From a phage, in the sequence record PX418922.1: a DNA stretch of 64,000 bases; one strand, given 5' to 3'. Positions within the stretch are counted from its first letter, which is position 1, and each line of letters starts with the position of its first letter. The notes beneath the pieces are model-generated. The model had not been told where the DNA came from. It saw only the letters and a list, made by a program, of their open reading frames with translations, and made no database searches. A program made the translations under genes and the position numbers. Positions 8,663-16,139 of the stretch are shown here, one piece after another.

Positions 8663-9025
8663 ATGAGCAAGCAAATCAATACTATCATGTTTAATCTGGT
8701 ATCTTTCCGCGATGATATGAAAAATTTACCACGTGAAACGGTTGATATTCATGTTTCAGCTTATCGCGCCCTTATTGATATGTTACCGCTAAAACGTGAT
8801 CAACATGCCGCTAATATGATGCTTAATGCTATGCTTAAAAAGATGATTCAAACGGATCTCACCCTGGCGTATGAGTATCAAGGGCGCTTATATGCAACTT
8901 ACAACAAGGCGGTACCTGGTCTGGGAAGTACCGAAGAGTTGCACGGCTTAAACCTGGATCAAAACACTTGGGATAGTATGCGCCGCGTTATGGTATGGGC
9001 CGAAAGCGGTAAAATTTACGAATAA
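8663..9025 (+). CDS. hypothetical early protein (120 aa)
   Basis: RBS AAAAGGG before ATG. Confidence 0.55.
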   Translation: MSKQINTIMFNLVSFRDDMKNLPRETVDIHVSAYRALIDMLPLKRDQHAANMMLNAMLKKMIQTDLTLAYEYQGRLYATYNKAVPGLGSTEELHGLNLDQNTWDSMRRVMVWAESGKIYE

Positions 9026-9031
9026 AAACGG

Positions 9032-9091
9032 TTGACATTGTTTAAAATTCTAGTATAGTTTACCACATAGGGCGGGAAGTGGTTTCCCGCC
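9032..9091 (+). promoter_or_regulatory. early promoter unit 6 with 5' hairpin
   Basis: TTGACA-N16-TATAGT; TTACCACATAGGG; hairpin GGCGGGAA-GTGGT-TTCCCGCC 9071-9091. Confidence 0.6.
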
Positions 9092-9113
9092 AACAATGAA
9101 AAAGGTTATCATC

Positions 9114-9479
9114 ATGGCTATTAATATTAATGTTTCCGCTTATGCTACCCTGGCTAACACGGCTAAAATTGAATTATCCAGCATTGAGGCGGTGCATATT
9201 AGCGCCCGTCGCTGGTTTCAACGGTCCTACGGTAACACATATTTTTCTTTAATGGTTGACGTTGAGATCGGCGGTAAACTGATCGAGGTGGTTAACGTTC
9301 CGTTTCAATATGGCTATGGTGATCATTTTGATACCGTCGCCCTAGAAGAGTTTAGCAAGGTTATCAACCTGGAAGGTAAAGAGTTTTCAAATTATGCCTA
9401 CCTTTCCCGTTTTTGCCGTGACAATGGGATCACTGTATACAGTCATGCGAGCGATGTAAAACGTAAAAAAGATTTATAA
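9114..9479 (+). CDS. hypothetical early protein (121 aa)
   Basis: ATG 9114 preceded by conserved AAAAAGGT..ATC context; alternative in-frame ATG at 9096. Confidence 0.5.
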   Translation: MAININVSAYATLANTAKIELSSIEAVHISARRWFQRSYGNTYFSLMVDVEIGGKLIEVVNVPFQYGYGDHFDTVALEEFSKVINLEGKEFSNYAYLSRFCRDNGITVYSHASDVKRKKDL

Positions 9480-9485
9480 AAAGCA

Positions 9486-9545
9486 TTGACAGCACGAATA
9501 AAAAGAGTAAACTGTATTACATAGAGAGCGGGAACACTTCCCGCC
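9486..9545 (+). promoter_or_regulatory. early promoter unit 7 with 5' hairpin
   Basis: TTGACA-N16-TAAACT; GTATTACATAGAG; hairpin GCGGGAA-CAC-TTCCCGC 9528-9544. Confidence 0.6.
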
Positions 9546-9568
9546 TCACTGAAAAAGAGAGAAAAATC

Positions 9569-9808
9569 ATGGCTAAATCTAAAATGTACAACGGTCACAA
9601 AAACAAAACTCATTGGAATGTAAGCCTTTGGATTAATAACGATGAATCGTTATACCGGTTGGCCCAAGATTTTATTAACGCTAATGCTAATCGTAATGAT
9701 GCGGCGCGGGATATGATGCTTTTTCTGGAACAAACTGGACAAGATAAAACGCCAGACGGTTTCAAATATAGCACTACTGCGATCCGTGCCGCGATGGTTG
9801 GAATGTAA
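9569..9808 (+). CDS. hypothetical early protein (79 aa)
   Basis: RBS AAGAGAGAAAAATC-ATG. Confidence 0.55.
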   Translation: MAKSKMYNGHKNKTHWNVSLWINNDESLYRLAQDFINANANRNDAARDMMLFLEQTGQDKTPDGFKYSTTAIRAAMVGM

Positions 9809-9817
9809 TAAAAACAG

Positions 9818-9877
9818 TTGACAACGTTTAAAATTAGTGTAAGATGTATCACATAGGGCGGGAAGTGGTTTCCCGCC
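9818..9877 (+). promoter_or_regulatory. early promoter unit 8 with 5' hairpin
   Basis: TTGACA-N16-TAAGAT; GTATCACATAGGG; hairpin GGCGGGAA-GTGGT-TTCCCGCC 9857-9877 (identical to unit 6). Confidence 0.6.
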
Positions 9878-9898
9878 AAAACAAAGAGATTAAAGATT

Positions 9899-10126
9899 AT
9901 GGCTATCAATATTGTTCGCGTATCCGGCACCGTTGGCACTTCCCAGGTTATTGCAGTTGTAACAAACAAAAAGATTAATGATGTATGTGAGATCTTGAAT
10001 AAGTGGGCTATTGCTAATTTTGGGGAATATGCAAGCGTCGAGTACATCGAATCCTACCAGGTGCCAACCATCAGCCTAACCGATCTCAACGTTGATCGCC
10101 TGTTATGCCTGGATGAATTGATCTGA
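9899..10126 (+). CDS. hypothetical early protein (75 aa)
   Basis: RBS AAAGAGA..ATT-ATG after unit 8. Confidence 0.55.
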   Translation: MAINIVRVSGTVGTSQVIAVVTNKKINDVCEILNKWAIANFGEYASVEYIESYQVPTISLTDLNVDRLLCLDELI

Positions 10127-10135
10127 AAAAGATTG

Positions 10136-10191
10136 TTGACACCGGAAAGAAAAAGAGTAAACTGTATTACGTAGGGCGGCAATGGTGCCGC
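10136..10191 (+). promoter_or_regulatory. early promoter unit 9 with 5' hairpin
   Basis: TTGACA-N16-TAAACT; GTATTACGTAGGG; hairpin GCGGCA-ATGG-TGCCGC 10176-10191. Confidence 0.6.
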
Positions 10192-10216
10192 TCACAACAA
10201 AAGAGAGATTATTACG

Positions 10217-10429
10217 ATGGCTAATATCCGCACACTGTTAAAAAATGCAAGTCAAGTTTTATTTTCAGATGACGAGTATTTCAATAAAGACATTACAGGC
10301 GTGAAGAATATCAAAGATGTAAAAAGTGTTATGGGTATATATTGCAATGTTAAACGTGTTGGAACGTTCGGTGATAAAGTATTGTACCAATCAGGTGATT
10401 ACAATTTTACTTTGACGATTATTTCATAA
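10217..10429 (+). CDS. hypothetical early protein (70 aa)
   Basis: RBS AAGAGAGA before ATG. Confidence 0.55.
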   Translation: MANIRTLLKNASQVLFSDDEYFNKDITGVKNIKDVKSVMGIYCNVKRVGTFGDKVLYQSGDYNFTLTIIS

Positions 10430-10434
10430 AACGC

Positions 10435-10496
10435 TTGCAATACTGCAAAAATAAAGTAAACTGTATTACATCAAGGCGGCGGAATGGTCCACCGCC
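10435..10496 (+). promoter_or_regulatory. early promoter unit 10 with 5' hairpin
   Basis: TTGCAA-N16-TAAACT; GTATTACATCAAGG; hairpin GGCGGCGGA-ATGG-TCCACCGCC 10475-10496. Confidence 0.55.
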
Positions 10497-10520
10497 TAAC
10501 AAAGAGAAGAGGAAAATATC

Positions 10521-10688
10521 ATGATCACTTTCGCTACCCGTGAAGCCGCTCGCAACGTTGCACGTAAAGTTAACGCCGCCAACCTGGGCGCTACTTTTAA
10601 AGCGCCTGTAAAAGATGAATCAGGAAAATGGATCTTCCCTGGTCTGCGTCACGCTGATAAGCTAGGCACTTTAAGCCTTAAAAAATAA
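10521..10688 (+). CDS. small basic protein (55 aa)
   Basis: RBS AGAGGAAAATATC-ATG; first 16 nt of coding sequence identical to the next ORF (ATGATCACTTTCGCTA). Confidence 0.45.
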   Translation: MITFATREAARNVARKVNAANLGATFKAPVKDESGKWIFPGLRHADKLGTLSLKK

Positions 10689-10691
10689 TCG

Positions 10692-10729
10692 TTGACTTTT
10701 CGTTATAGCGCCCATTATAAGGCGCTATA
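10692..10729 (+). promoter_or_regulatory. early promoter unit 11 (variant hairpin)
   Basis: TTGACT-N17-TTATAA; 9-bp inverted repeat TATAGCGCC..GGCGCTATA 10705-10729 overlaps the -10 region. Confidence 0.45.
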
Positions 10730-10762
10730 GAGAAGAGAAACCACTACTAACAAGGAAACATC

Positions 10763-10984
10763 ATGATCACTTTCGCTATTGTCGCCGTTGTCGCTGGTCA
10801 GGTTTACGTAAACGATACATTCACCACAGAAGACAAGGCCGCAGGAGACATAACCGCCGTTTACAATGAGTGCAAGGCAGTAGAAAGGATGTTAGCGCCT
10901 TGTATGTTAATGAGTGAACGCCAGGACGGGATAACAGTGTTTACTAACATTGAAACAGGGTACCAAATGGTAGTAACAAAATAA
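10763..10984 (+). CDS. hypothetical early protein (73 aa)
   Basis: RBS-like AAGGAAA; N-terminus MITFA shared with previous small ORF. Confidence 0.5.
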   Translation: MITFAIVAVVAGQVYVNDTFTTEDKAAGDITAVYNECKAVERMLAPCMLMSERQDGITVFTNIETGYQMVVTK

Positions 10985-10987
10985 AGC

Positions 10988-11044
10988 TTGACACGGATTT
11001 AATTTTCAGTAAACTGTTACACGTAGGGCGGGAATAGTTCCCGC
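10988..11044 (+). promoter_or_regulatory. early promoter unit 12 with 5' hairpin
   Basis: TTGACA-N16-TAAACT; GTTACACGTAGGG; hairpin GGCGGGAA-TAG-TTCCCGC 11027-11044. Confidence 0.6.
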
Positions 11045-11062
11045 TAAAAAGAGAGAAAGACC

Positions 11063-11416
11063 ATGAAAGCACAAAATGCAATTAAAGAGTACATCCTTGC
11101 CGCTATCGATTTTAATGATTACGGTATTACAACCGAAAAAGAGAAGATCGCGGAATTGATGCGCCGTTTTAATTCCGAGTACTGGTACCCTGATAATCAA
11201 TCACGTTTTAATTATAGTATTGTTAAAGCACTTGCATCATGGTTACAAGGCTTGCCATCAGATATTAATATAGCTTTCGAATATTGGGAAATTGATCGTT
11301 TGTTAACATCCTGGGGATACATTAAAGAGAATAGCAGCGATGATAAAATCCAACGAGAAAGGGAAAATTATTGGCTTTATATTGCAGGCGTGATCCTTGC
11401 TTGCTCTTATGAATGA
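11063..11416 (+). CDS. hypothetical early protein (117 aa)
   Basis: RBS AAGAGAGAAAGACC-ATG. Confidence 0.55.
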   Translation: MKAQNAIKEYILAAIDFNDYGITTEKEKIAELMRRFNSEYWYPDNQSRFNYSIVKALASWLQGLPSDINIAFEYWEIDRLLTSWGYIKENSSDDKIQRERENYWLYIAGVILACSYE

Positions 11417-11422
11417 TAAACC

Positions 11423-11476
11423 TTGACAATTTTACAAAACAGTTTAAATTAATAATATAGCGGCAATGGTGCCGCT
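11423..11476 (+). promoter_or_regulatory. early promoter unit 13 with 5' hairpin (spacing atypical)
   Basis: TTGACA then TAAATT or TAATAT; hairpin GCGGCA-ATGG-TGCCGC 11460-11475 lies closer to -10 than in other units. Confidence 0.4.
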
Positions 11477-11495
11477 CATATAAAGAGGAAACAAA

Positions 11496-11642
11496 ATGAA
11501 TACATCTAATCGCGCAGAAAAAATTCAATCTTCCAAGATCCGCAAGGCCTGGAATGAGGAAGTGATCCGCAAAGGCGACAAGCGCAATAAAACAAAGCGC
11601 GGGAAGAGTGACAAATATAATTGGATGGATTTAGAGGATTAA
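11496..11642 (+). CDS. small basic protein (48 aa)
   Basis: RBS AAGAGGAAACAAA-ATG; Lys/Arg-rich; followed by terminator. Confidence 0.45.
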   Translation: MNTSNRAEKIQSSKIRKAWNEEVIRKGDKRNKTKRGKSDKYNWMDLED

Positions 11643-11650
11643 CATAACAA

Positions 11651-11676
11651 GGGCGCACCAAGCGCCCTTTCTTTTT
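11651..11676 (+). terminator. rho-independent terminator
   Basis: GGGCGCACCAAGCGCCC hairpin followed by TTTCTTTTT. Confidence 0.65.
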
Positions 11677-11697
11677 ACATGTAGAGGATAAACAAAA

Positions 11698-11883
11698 ATG
11701 ACTTTAAACGAGCTTAAAACAGCCTATAACGCAACATTAAAAATAGCCGTGCGTTACCGTGACGAATACGGTTTTATTGCGCAGGGCGTGATCCTGGGCT
11801 TTTCTGACGATGGTTTGATCTATGTTGATGCACATCACAACAAGGTTAAACCGGAAAACGTTATCAGTATAAAATATCTTTAA
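11698..11883 (+). CDS. hypothetical protein (61 aa)
   Basis: RBS GAGGATAAACAAAA-ATG. Confidence 0.5.
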   Translation: MTLNELKTAYNATLKIAVRYRDEYGFIAQGVILGFSDDGLIYVDAHHNKVKPENVISIKYL

Positions 11884-11889
11884 AAGTGG

Positions 11890-11946
11890 TTGACACCATA
11901 ACCGGACCTGTTAAACTGTATTACATCAGGCGGGGAATAGTTCCCC
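11890..11946 (+). promoter_or_regulatory. early promoter unit 14 with 5' hairpin
   Basis: TTGACA-N16-TAAACT; GTATTACATCAGG; hairpin GGGGAA-TAG-TTCCCC 11929-11946. Confidence 0.55.
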
Positions 11947-11969
11947 AACCATACAAAAAGGTAAATATT

Positions 11970-12176
11970 ATGATCACCGCAAAACAAGAAAAAATCATTA
12001 TCGACGTTGCAGCCGTTGCCGCTATTGCTATTATTGGATCTTATTATGATACCCGTTTCCCGTCGGCTATGCATGAGATCGCCGCCGTTGCATCAGTTGG
12101 CGTGCTGTTTTACGTTGGTAAACGCTATTTATCACCAATGATTAACAAGCTGACACCGTGGAAAAATAAAGGTTGA
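11970..12176 (+). CDS. small membrane protein (68 aa)
   Basis: ATG 11970 preceded by AAAAAGGTAAATATT; hydrophobic IIIDVAAVAAIAIIGSYY. Confidence 0.5.
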   Translation: MITAKQEKIIIDVAAVAAIAIIGSYYDTRFPSAMHEIAAVASVGVLFYVGKRYLSPMINKLTPWKNKG

Positions 12177-12230
12177 TCCTGTTTTATATTGTGTTATAGT
12201 TATCGTGTAGGGCGGCAATGGTGCCGCGCC
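12173..12230 (+). promoter_or_regulatory. early promoter unit 15 with 5' hairpin
   Basis: TTGATC-N16-TATAGT; TATCGTGTAGGG; hairpin GCGGCA-ATGG-TGCCGC 12212-12227. Confidence 0.5.
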
Positions 12231-12247
12231 CCTTTGAGGATGCAATC

Positions 12248-12532
12248 ATGAGTAAAGCTAACACCGTGCTAATGTTTTCCCTGATTAATGATCCCGCTTA
12301 CTTGTCCAACATGACGCAGGAGGGTAACACATTAACGGCAACATTCACCAATAAGCTTGACCGAGTGATCATCATCTCACTGAAAACAGTTAGTAAAGGC
12401 TTTTACTCGTTAGCTTATCATTGGATCACTGATACCGATGAGACAAGCCAGGACTATAGCGCCCCTTTCCCTGAATCAATGGCACGGGAGATCATCGCCG
12501 CCGTTGTAAATGATGGTTTGTTTACTGCATAA
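12248..12532 (+). CDS. hypothetical early protein (94 aa)
   Basis: RBS GAGGATGCAATC-ATG. Confidence 0.5.
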   Translation: MSKANTVLMFSLINDPAYLSNMTQEGNTLTATFTNKLDRVIIISLKTVSKGFYSLAYHWITDTDETSQDYSAPFPESMAREIIAAVVNDGLFTA

Positions 12533-12549
12533 ATAATTTAGAAAAAGGC

Positions 12550-12606
12550 TTGCAATCATTTTGAGATAGTGTATATTTAATTCATAGGGCGGCGGGAATA
12601 GTTCCC
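12550..12606 (+). promoter_or_regulatory. early promoter unit 16 with 5' hairpin
   Basis: TTGCAA-N16-TATATT; TTCATAGGG; hairpin GGGAA-TAG-TTCCC 12587-12606. Confidence 0.5.
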
Positions 12607-12629
12607 AAAGCAAACGAGAGGATTACACG

Positions 12630-12749
12630 ATGAGCAAGTACACAGTAGAATACACGGTAGAGAATCCGGCAGTATCCGAAGGTAAAAAGATGACATTTGC
12701 CATCAGTATAATCGCTTTCGTTGTCACTATCTTATCAATCATCTTATAA
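12630..12749 (+). CDS. small membrane peptide (39 aa)
   Basis: RBS GAGAGGATTACACG-ATG; hydrophobic C-terminus AISIIAFVVTILSIIL. Confidence 0.4.
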   Translation: MSKYTVEYTVENPAVSEGKKMTFAISIIAFVVTILSIIL

Positions 12750-12759
12750 GGTACACACC

Positions 12760-12921
12760 ATGAAAATAACAGACATTATCAAAGAGATCGCCCTTGCCGC
12801 TGGCGTTGAAGTCGAGGAAGTGATCGCGCTCAATCTTACAGAAAACGATCTGCGCAACTATGAAGCGGAAAGCGTGAAAGCAAGCGGCGCGGTCCTGGTA
12901 TATGATCCGGCTAACAAGTAA
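12760..12921 (+). CDS. hypothetical small protein (53 aa)
   Basis: ATG 12760 with weak AAGG RBS. Confidence 0.4.
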   Translation: MKITDIIKEIALAAGVEVEEVIALNLTENDLRNYEAESVKASGAVLVYDPANK

Positions 12922-12930
12922 GGGGGTAAC

Positions 12931-13041
12931 ATGAATCCGAAAGATATGCAAGCATGGAAAGGGTACGACGATCTAAGCGCCTTGCGCAATAAGTCAAGCC
13001 GTAACTTTAGACGGTTGGAAGCAAAGAAAAAGAAAAAATAG
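12931..13041 (+). CDS. small basic peptide (36 aa)
   Basis: RBS AAGGGGG before ATG 12931; Lys-rich C-terminus. Confidence 0.35.
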   Translation: MNPKDMQAWKGYDDLSALRNKSSRNFRRLEAKKKKK

Positions 13042-13042
13042 T

Positions 13043-13098
13043 TTGACAAGTCCGCCTAGTCTGATAATATGTATCTTGTAGGGCGGCAATGGTGCCGC
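13043..13098 (+). promoter_or_regulatory. early promoter unit 17 with 5' hairpin
   Basis: TTGACA-N16-TAATAT; GTATCTTGTAGGG; hairpin GCGGCA-ATGG-TGCCGC 13083-13098. Confidence 0.6.
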
Positions 13099-13119
13099 TC
13101 ACAAGAAGAGAGAAAAATC

Positions 13120-13404
13120 ATGAAAATTACAAAAAGCCTAACTAATTATGCAGCACGTCGCGGATTATGTTTAACCGTTGAAAACTTAGGGAAAGAAGAC
13201 TTTTTGTGTTTTTGGGAGCTTGAGAATGATTGCGAGTGGATGTTTTCTTATTCTATCTGCGAAGATCAAAACGGTTGTTTGTTAACCTGGCGCGGTAATA
13301 TCTATTTACCGGAAGAAATTAAAGAAGAGTTACCAGGTACGATCATGACAGAGAGACAGCTTAAGGAAGTGATCAATTTTGTAGGGCAAAACATTAAAAA
13401 ATAA
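13120..13404 (+). CDS. hypothetical early protein (94 aa)
   Basis: RBS AGAAGAGAGAAAAATC-ATG. Confidence 0.55.
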   Translation: MKITKSLTNYAARRGLCLTVENLGKEDFLCFWELENDCEWMFSYSICEDQNGCLLTWRGNIYLPEEIKEELPGTIMTERQLKEVINFVGQNIKK

Positions 13405-13405
13405 T

Positions 13406-13466
13406 TTGACAGCAGGCAAACAACGTAGTAAAGTTTACCACATAGGGCGGCGGAATGGTCCACCGC
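13406..13466 (+). promoter_or_regulatory. early promoter unit 18 with 5' hairpin
   Basis: TTGACA-N17-TAAAGT; TTACCACATAGGG; hairpin GGCGGCGGA-ATGG-TCCACCGC 13446-13466. Confidence 0.55.
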
Positions 13467-13489
13467 TCACAACAGAAGAGAAACAAATC

Positions 13490-13660
13490 ATGATCCCGAC
13501 TATGTTTTATGTATCGCGCAAAGGTCACAATATTTTTTGGTCTGAAGATTTAAATGAAGCTATGACGTTTGCCCGTGATCGTGTTGCTATCGGTGGCGTT
13601 AACATCACCGTAACCGATGAAAATGGCATTGAATACTATAACGGCGACGATGAAGAATAA
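13490..13660 (+). CDS. hypothetical early protein (56 aa)
   Basis: RBS AGAAGAGAAACAAATC-ATG. Confidence 0.5.
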   Translation: MIPTMFYVSRKGHNIFWSEDLNEAMTFARDRVAIGGVNITVTDENGIEYYNGDDEE

Positions 13661-13667
13661 TTAATGA

Positions 13668-13688
13668 GGCGGGGGAGTATTCCCCGCC
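13668..13688 (+). promoter_or_regulatory. 5' UTR hairpin without a clear -35/-10
   Basis: GGCGGGGGA-GTAT-TCCCCGCC stem-loop 20 nt before RBS of 13708 gene; promoter hexamers not convincing. Confidence 0.35.
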
Positions 13689-13707
13689 GTCAATAAAGAG
13701 GTAAATC

Positions 13708-13977
13708 ATGAAAATATCATTAGACGTTGCAATCAAGGCCATCGAATCCGGTTACACCCTGGTAAAAGATGATAAGGCTAAAACCGTGCACCACGTTAAC
13801 AAAGAAACAGGCGAAAGCATGATCACATATAAAGCCGCCTACTTTCTCCAATCAGTAGCAGATCCGCGCGTACAACGCCAGGTTACAGCGGCTATTGCTA
13901 AAAAATTATGTGCTTTACAGGGCACAAGTTTTAACGAGATCGCCCCGTGTTTTGACTGGTCGAGCTTGAAAAAATAG
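13708..13977 (+). CDS. hypothetical early protein (89 aa)
   Basis: RBS AAAGAGGTAAATC-ATG. Confidence 0.55.
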   Translation: MKISLDVAIKAIESGYTLVKDDKAKTVHHVNKETGESMITYKAAYFLQSVADPRVQRQVTAAIAKKLCALQGTSFNEIAPCFDWSSLKK

Positions 13978-13978
13978 T

Positions 13979-14040
13979 TTGACAACAATTATAAATCGGG
14001 TAGAATGTATTTCGTAGGGCGGGGCAATGGTGCAACGCCT
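13979..14040 (+). promoter_or_regulatory. early promoter unit 20 (degenerate hairpin)
   Basis: TTGACA-N16-TAGAAT; GTATTTCGTAGGG; weaker stem GGCG...CGCC 14018-14040. Confidence 0.5.
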
Positions 14041-14058
14041 ACTAATGAGGGTAAAATC

Positions 14059-14163
14059 ATGTTAGAGAAAATTTTCACGGTTGTAGTAGTGGGCCTGGTG
14101 TTATCGGTTGGAGTGGTTGCAACTATGGCTAACATGATCCTATCTTCCCACGGTATTGGATAA
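14059..14163 (+). CDS. small membrane peptide (34 aa)
   Basis: RBS GAGGGTAAAATC-ATG; hydrophobic FTVVVVGLVLSVGVVATMANMIL. Confidence 0.4.
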   Translation: MLEKIFTVVVVGLVLSVGVVATMANMILSSHGIG

Positions 14164-14173
14164 GGTGAATCAA

Positions 14174-14389
14174 ATGATCACGAATAAGACAGGTAAAACA
14201 GAATTTTTACGCGCCTTGCAGATCGGCAAGCCTGAGATCTGGCATTGCACTAAATCCGCGCATAATGAAATGAAAGATTTTACCGCTACTTTACAACGTG
14301 TTAAAATATCTATCACACAGAAAAAAGCCTTGTTAGTAGTAGAAAACGAGATCCCGCAAACTATTATTATTGTCGAGCGTACAGCATGA
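14174..14389 (+). CDS. hypothetical protein (71 aa)
   Basis: RBS AAGGTG before ATG 14174; alternative TTG start at 14156. Confidence 0.5.
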   Translation: MITNKTGKTEFLRALQIGKPEIWHCTKSAHNEMKDFTATLQRVKISITQKKALLVVENEIPQTIIIVERTA

Positions 14390-14772
14390 AAACAGAAATC
14401 ATTATTGAAATCATCAACGGTTATAAAGAAGCCTTTATTTTTGCTGAATCAGCAAGGGATCATGAAGGTAATTTTATTGATAACTTAGACGATTATGATT
14501 TTTCTCCTAGCGTGGATCAACGGATCGCCCAGGATGTAACAGCCTTTATTAATGCTAATCTTGCCGCTATCTCTGAGGCAATGAGCGACGGCGCAACAGC
14601 CAACCAGATCGGGAATGATTTACATTTTACCCGTAACGGTCACGGCGTAGGCTTTTGGGATCGCCCTGAAATATACACCACTAACACGGCGAACCGCCTA
14701 ACCAATGCAGCTAAGTTTATGCCGAACGTGTCGGCTTACATTGGTGAAGATAATTTGATTTATATTGAATAA
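14386..14772 (+). CDS. hypothetical protein (128 aa)
   Basis: ATGA overlap with upstream ORF. Confidence 0.55.
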   Translation: MKTEIIIEIINGYKEAFIFAESARDHEGNFIDNLDDYDFSPSVDQRIAQDVTAFINANLAAISEAMSDGATANQIGNDLHFTRNGHGVGFWDRPEIYTTNTANRLTNAAKFMPNVSAYIGEDNLIYIE

Positions 14773-14778
14773 AAAGTA

Positions 14779-14837
14779 TTGACACCGATCCCCAATATGG
14801 TACTATTTACCACGTAGGCGGGAAATGGTTTCCCGCC
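14779..14837 (+). promoter_or_regulatory. early promoter unit 21 with 5' hairpin
   Basis: TTGACA-N16-TACTAT; TTACCACGTAGG; hairpin GGCGGGAAA-TGG-TTTCCCGCC 14817-14837. Confidence 0.6.
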
Positions 14838-14860
14838 AGGTAATCAAAAAGGTAAATACT

Positions 14861-15250
14861 ATGCGCAACCTGGTTTCTGTTTCTAACGTTGAAAAATTTC
14901 AATCTTTACAGGGTATCGTTAACAACGTAGCGCCTTTTTTAGTCAACGGCTTGATTGCAAAGATGAAAAATAAACATCATGCGGCATGGTCTGCTTACTG
15001 CTTTGATAATGATGAAAAAGCGGCTGAAATGATGTTAAATATGCTGTTAGACAGTGTAGAATCATCTTTACCGGAAAACATCGCAGAAGAGATCACCTAT
15101 CGTTATAATATGGCGATCACTTACCAGGAGGTTGCGCAATTTAATATGATGGACGATGACGAACAACAGGATCAGGAAATGTTTTGGGAGTATGCTGATC
15201 GTCAATCGGCTTTTGATGAAAAATTAGCGATGTATTATAACGAATATTAA
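14861..15250 (+). CDS. hypothetical early protein (129 aa)
   Basis: ATG 14861 preceded by AAAAAGGTAAATACT. Confidence 0.55.
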   Translation: MRNLVSVSNVEKFQSLQGIVNNVAPFLVNGLIAKMKNKHHAAWSAYCFDNDEKAAEMMLNMLLDSVESSLPENIAEEITYRYNMAITYQEVAQFNMMDDDEQQDQEMFWEYADRQSAFDEKLAMYYNEY

Positions 15251-15266
15251 TACACGGTAAAAGAAA

Positions 15267-15290
15267 GGGGCGCACTAAGCGCCCTTTTTT
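15267..15290 (+). terminator. rho-independent terminator
   Basis: GGGGCGCACTAAGCGCCC hairpin followed by TTTTTT. Confidence 0.7.
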
Positions 15291-15635
15291 GTATTCTTTT
15301 TTCACGATGGAAACAACACGTAAAGAATAGGCGTAAAGGTGGCGTAAAACCATCTAAAACCGACTGTAACCGCTTAAACAAGGTAGGAATGATTAATCAC
15401 CTTGCCAGGATGAAAAAGCCGTTATAAAGCTATCTAGAGCGTTTAAAGCACATAGGAAATAATTTGCTTTTTATCTTGCCTTTTACCCTGCTTTTGATTA
15501 TTATTATGGAACGGGCGGCACCTGGAGACAGGGGAAGATAATCACCGGAAGATCCCGCTATATATTGATAGCTAATACCTATTAAACAACAAAACATCAA
15601 AGGAATAAACTATCAAATCTTTACAATTCTACCTA

Positions 15636-15670
15636 TTGACACCGGATCGCCCTTATACTAAGATGTATCA
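15636..15670 (+). promoter_or_regulatory. early promoter unit 22 (no GC hairpin)
   Basis: TTGACA-N17-TAAGAT; GTATCACGTAGGG conserved start region but downstream hairpin absent. Confidence 0.5.
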
Positions 15671-15710
15671 CGTAGGGCAAATGATTTTAAACGGTAAACG
15701 AGGAATCACC

Positions 15711-16094
15711 ATGAGCAATATCATCAACCTGGCAGCGACTGTAAACGGTAAAGACTTTAACGGCGCTGTAGACCGTGATCCTATGTGGTACTTGTCAGTG
15801 TTTAAAGGCGATCTGGTTGAAGTTAGAACAACCGAAGGGTATAGCGATGATTATAAATGCGAGATTCATTTACATAATTGGTACACGGGTAAAACTTATG
15901 CGCTGAATCACGCGTTTATCGGAAAAATCGAATATCGTGAGATGATCGACGAAGAAACGGGGCAAGATTTTAGCGAAAACGTTTATATTCGTTCCGAGAC
16001 ATTAGCCGAACGTTTGATCGAGAAAATGAAAGCAAAAAATAAAATTAATTTATCTCATTGGATTGATATAACAAACGATCCAGCTTATCAGTAA
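15711..16094 (+). CDS. hypothetical early protein (127 aa)
   Basis: RBS CGAGGAATCACC-ATG. Confidence 0.55.
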   Translation: MSNIINLAATVNGKDFNGAVDRDPMWYLSVFKGDLVEVRTTEGYSDDYKCEIHLHNWYTGKTYALNHAFIGKIEYREMIDEETGQDFSENVYIRSETLAERLIEKMKAKNKINLSHWIDITNDPAYQ

Positions 16095-16110
16095 ATAACA
16101 TTTCATACCA

Positions 16111-16136
16111 GGGCGCACAAAGCGCCCTTTCTTTTT
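16111..16136 (+). terminator. rho-independent terminator
   Basis: GGGCGCACAAAGCGCCC hairpin followed by TTTCTTTTT. Confidence 0.7.
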
Positions 16137-16139
16137 GCC

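Noticed and set aside
9610-10047. 145-aa minus-strand ORF across the early array (and similar antisense ORFs such as 18337-18732, 19426-19665, 49902-50324, 57122-57415)
   Set aside because: Antisense to well-supported genes with promoters and RBSs, lacks its own RBS and promoter, and has low-complexity composition typical of shadow ORFs.
6867-16136. Regularly recurring GC-rich hairpin elements that could be mistaken for a CRISPR array
   Set aside because: Intervals are irregular (about 230-500 bp), each holds a promoter, RBS and ORF, the repeats are short inverted stems with variable sequence rather than identical direct repeats with spacers, and no cas genes are present.
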